DNA of 64,000 nt from Lachnospiraceae bacterium (GTDB lineage Bacteria; Bacillota; Clostridia; Lachnospirales; Lachnospiraceae). Both the position numbers and the translations under genes were made by a program. The DNA lies in contig JAZNLG010000140.1 of assembly GCA_045578965.1 (NCBI GenBank), positions 1,105-65,104 on the forward strand, given 5' to 3'. The notes under the pieces are model-generated. The model saw nothing but the letters and a program-made list of their open reading frames with translations, was not told the DNA's origin and did no database searches. Below, piece by piece: positions 61,897 through 64,000 of the stretch. Position 1 is the stretch's first letter. The number at the start of each line of letters is the position of its first letter.

Positions 61897-63651
61897 CTAT
61901 GAATTTACATACGCTTCAATAATATCCCAAACGGAAGGATTCTCAAAGTCTAATTTCCACTCTGCCACACCTGCTATGTTGTTGGCCTCCATTACGTTTA
62001 ACTTTACCTGAATGGATTCATTCTCTTCCATCCAAATCTGGTATAAAACGCCATCTTTCTGGAGTTCACCGTAATACTGGCATGTCTCATTATCCCAATA
62101 CAGTTCAACACCATTGGTATCCACCCAATTTTGCGCAAGATCCATTCCGATGGTTTCACAGTTTACTTCTCCACCGCTGGTCTTCCAGAGCCTGGTATAA
62201 AAAGGAATCGCATTAATAATCTTCTCCGCAGGAACTTCCTCCATTGTCTTCTGAATACCGGTTTCCACAAAATTAATAGACGCCACGGAACCTGCCACCG
62301 TGGAACTTGCCCAGTGTTCATCATATCCCATAACAACCACATAGTCGGCCACCAAGCCCTGCTCAGCACGATTATAATACATAGTCGAAGCCGTAGGAGC
62401 ATAGTTATCTACCGATAATACCAGATTATTTGCATGGGTCTGAATAGACAACTCTCTCAAAAACTGTACAAAATCATCACCGTAATCCGAACCTACGGTT
62501 TCAAAGTCAACATTGATACCATCCAAATCATACTGCAAAGCATTGGAAATCAAGGTATTAATCATTGCTTCCCTTTTCTCGGATGAGGAAAGAATTTCAC
62601 CGATAGGCACCTGATAATCCACATCCGTTACTACAGCCCACACTTCAATGCCCTGATTGTGTGCCTTGGTAACATAATCACTGCTGGGAATACATTCAAG
62701 CGTACCTTCTTCATCCGTAACACGGAACCAGGTGGGCGCAATGACATTTACCGCCTTGGTATCTGCCATATAAGAGTCATACGTACTATTGGCTCCCTTA
62801 GAAAATACCTGATGAAAAGCCATATTAATCTTACCTTCACGGCTGATGCTCTGATAATTCAAAACCACAGCATCCGTCACCGGTGTTTGGGCAACCATAT
62901 CACCCATTTCCATTCTTTTATTCTCTATATATCCGATAAATCCGTCGTCAGTAATAACCTTCGTCCACTTTTCCATTTCTTCCAAAACGACTACCGTATC
63001 ACCTTCTGCCAAATCTTTTAAAATCGGGCTCTTCACTCCACCCTGATAACGAAGTTTGGTATCTTTCACGATACTTGCACTCTGCCTTGTTCCCCATTCG
63101 GTATAAAGCAGCATACGATTGGGCTCTGCAAAAAATTCGTAAGAAAAATTCGCAAACAGTTTCACATATTCCGCAGACAAATAAATTTCTTCATCCATTA
63201 CAACTACCGCCGGAACAGATAAAGAATTCTCAGCCCCCGACACTGTATAGTAAGAATATTCTTCTCCGATAAACGTCTTATAAATATCCTTCTCTGTCGT
63301 ATAGAGAACAATGCCCTCTTCCTTATTTATATAGAAACGGTCCGTAAAATACCTCTCAACCGTTGCCAAATCAAAATAACAATTTCCGTCAATCAGTTTA
63401 GCCTTCTCAGGAATATGTGCATCCTGAAGTATAATGGCTACATCATCAGATTCCACCAGTTCAAAATACTGATACAAATCCTCTCTTTCCGAAGTATAAT
63501 AAACACTTTCAATCAGTGTTTCCCCATAAAAAATTCCCACAAGGGCTATAATAAGGACAATCGCAATCACAACCGGAATTGCTCTGGCTATCATGGCTTG
63601 TCTCTGCTTTTTTCTCTTTTTCTTTCGCTTATCCTCGCGTCTCGGTTCCAT
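61897..63651 (-). CDS. membrane-anchored GH18 hydrolase with SH3-like domain
   Basis: basic N-terminus plus TM; SH3b-like segment; LDGINVDFE; MGYDEH; AEWKL; ATG 63651 after GGAGG. Confidence 0.88.
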   Translation of the reverse strand: MEPRREDKRKKKRKKQRQAMIARAIPVVIAIVLIIALVGIFYGETLIESVYYTSEREDLYQYFELVESDDVAIILQDAHIPEKAKLIDGNCYFDLATVERYFTDRFYINKEEGIVLYTTEKDIYKTFIGEEYSYYTVSGAENSLSVPAVVVMDEEIYLSAEYVKLFANFSYEFFAEPNRMLLYTEWGTRQSASIVKDTKLRYQGGVKSPILKDLAEGDTVVVLEEMEKWTKVITDDGFIGYIENKRMEMGDMVAQTPVTDAVVLNYQSISREGKINMAFHQVFSKGANSTYDSYMADTKAVNVIAPTWFRVTDEEGTLECIPSSDYVTKAHNQGIEVWAVVTDVDYQVPIGEILSSSEKREAMINTLISNALQYDLDGINVDFETVGSDYGDDFVQFLRELSIQTHANNLVLSVDNYAPTASTMYYNRAEQGLVADYVVVMGYDEHWASSTVAGSVASINFVETGIQKTMEEVPAEKIINAIPFYTRLWKTSGGEVNCETIGMDLAQNWVDTNGVELYWDNETCQYYGELQKDGVLYQIWMEENESIQVKLNVMEANNIAGVAEWKLDFENPSVWDIIEAYVNS

Positions 63652-64000
63652 GGCGTTTCCTCCGTTTCGGTTTTTGACCGCCCTTATTATAGCAGAATAT
63701 TTCAGCATCGTCATTATAATTTTGTTGTTTTTGTCCGTTTTCACAAAAGTAGCGTTTTTTGAGGGACTTACGATGTTTAAACTTATGCAAAACGGATATG
63801 ATTTCAGACAGAAGACAATATGCTTCATTTCGTTTTCCAAAAGGAACCGTGATGTATTTGTATCAAAACGAAATTTCCATCATAAAATATCTTAAATGTG
63901 ACGATACTACTAAAACGAAAGATGCCCGGGAAGTACCCATATAACAAATACAATTCTTGAATTATTACGCTTTGAAAATTAGTTGGATTTACAAGTGTGC

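Noticed and set aside
63652-63840. N-terminal extensions in the ORF track (GH18; also mtaB, prs, hrcA, recU, XRE, spmB)
   Set aside because: Downstream ATGs have proper SD sequences or coupling and match expected protein starts; the extensions run through promoter DNA or neighbouring genes

Overview
This 64-kb window reads as core chromosome of a low-GC Firmicute; gene content and order suggest Lachnospiraceae. Most genes lie on the minus strand. Housekeeping blocks: dnaD-dnaC-prs; mtaB-ireB-ruvX-rnj-mltG-like-trmR-U32-glnA; hrcA-grpE-dnaK-dnaJ with a perfect CIRCE; recU-prmA-rsmE-iscS...thiI; pfkA-dnaX-ebfC-recR; a split transketolase; deoC; spmAB. Other content: a lone type IV pilin-like gene, a preQ1-I riboswitch ahead of queT, a Cu-ATPase, a hybrid kinase/LytTR pair, a GTPase-DUF697 gene, a GGDEF protein, galM/cellobiose 2-epimerase/GH1, a PerR-rubrerythrin-rubredoxin operon, two membrane glycosylation-type genes, a likely bile-acid 12alpha-HSDH, a degenerate Rpn-like gene and a GH18 hydrolase. 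I saw no rRNA, tRNA, CRISPR array, prophage or intact IS. I cannot demonstrate a new system from sequence alone. The best leads are: (1) an internal SD+ATG in copA that could yield a separate 66-aa CopZ; (2) an unlisted 55-aa membrane ORF co-transcribed with an IRG-like GTPase, inserted between dnaJ and prmA; (3) a catalytically eroded Rpn-like gene followed by two unlisted small ORFs, below a cluster of Spo0A-like boxes; (4) the probable 12alpha-HSDH with its operator palindrome. Family assignments come from motif recognition, not database searches.
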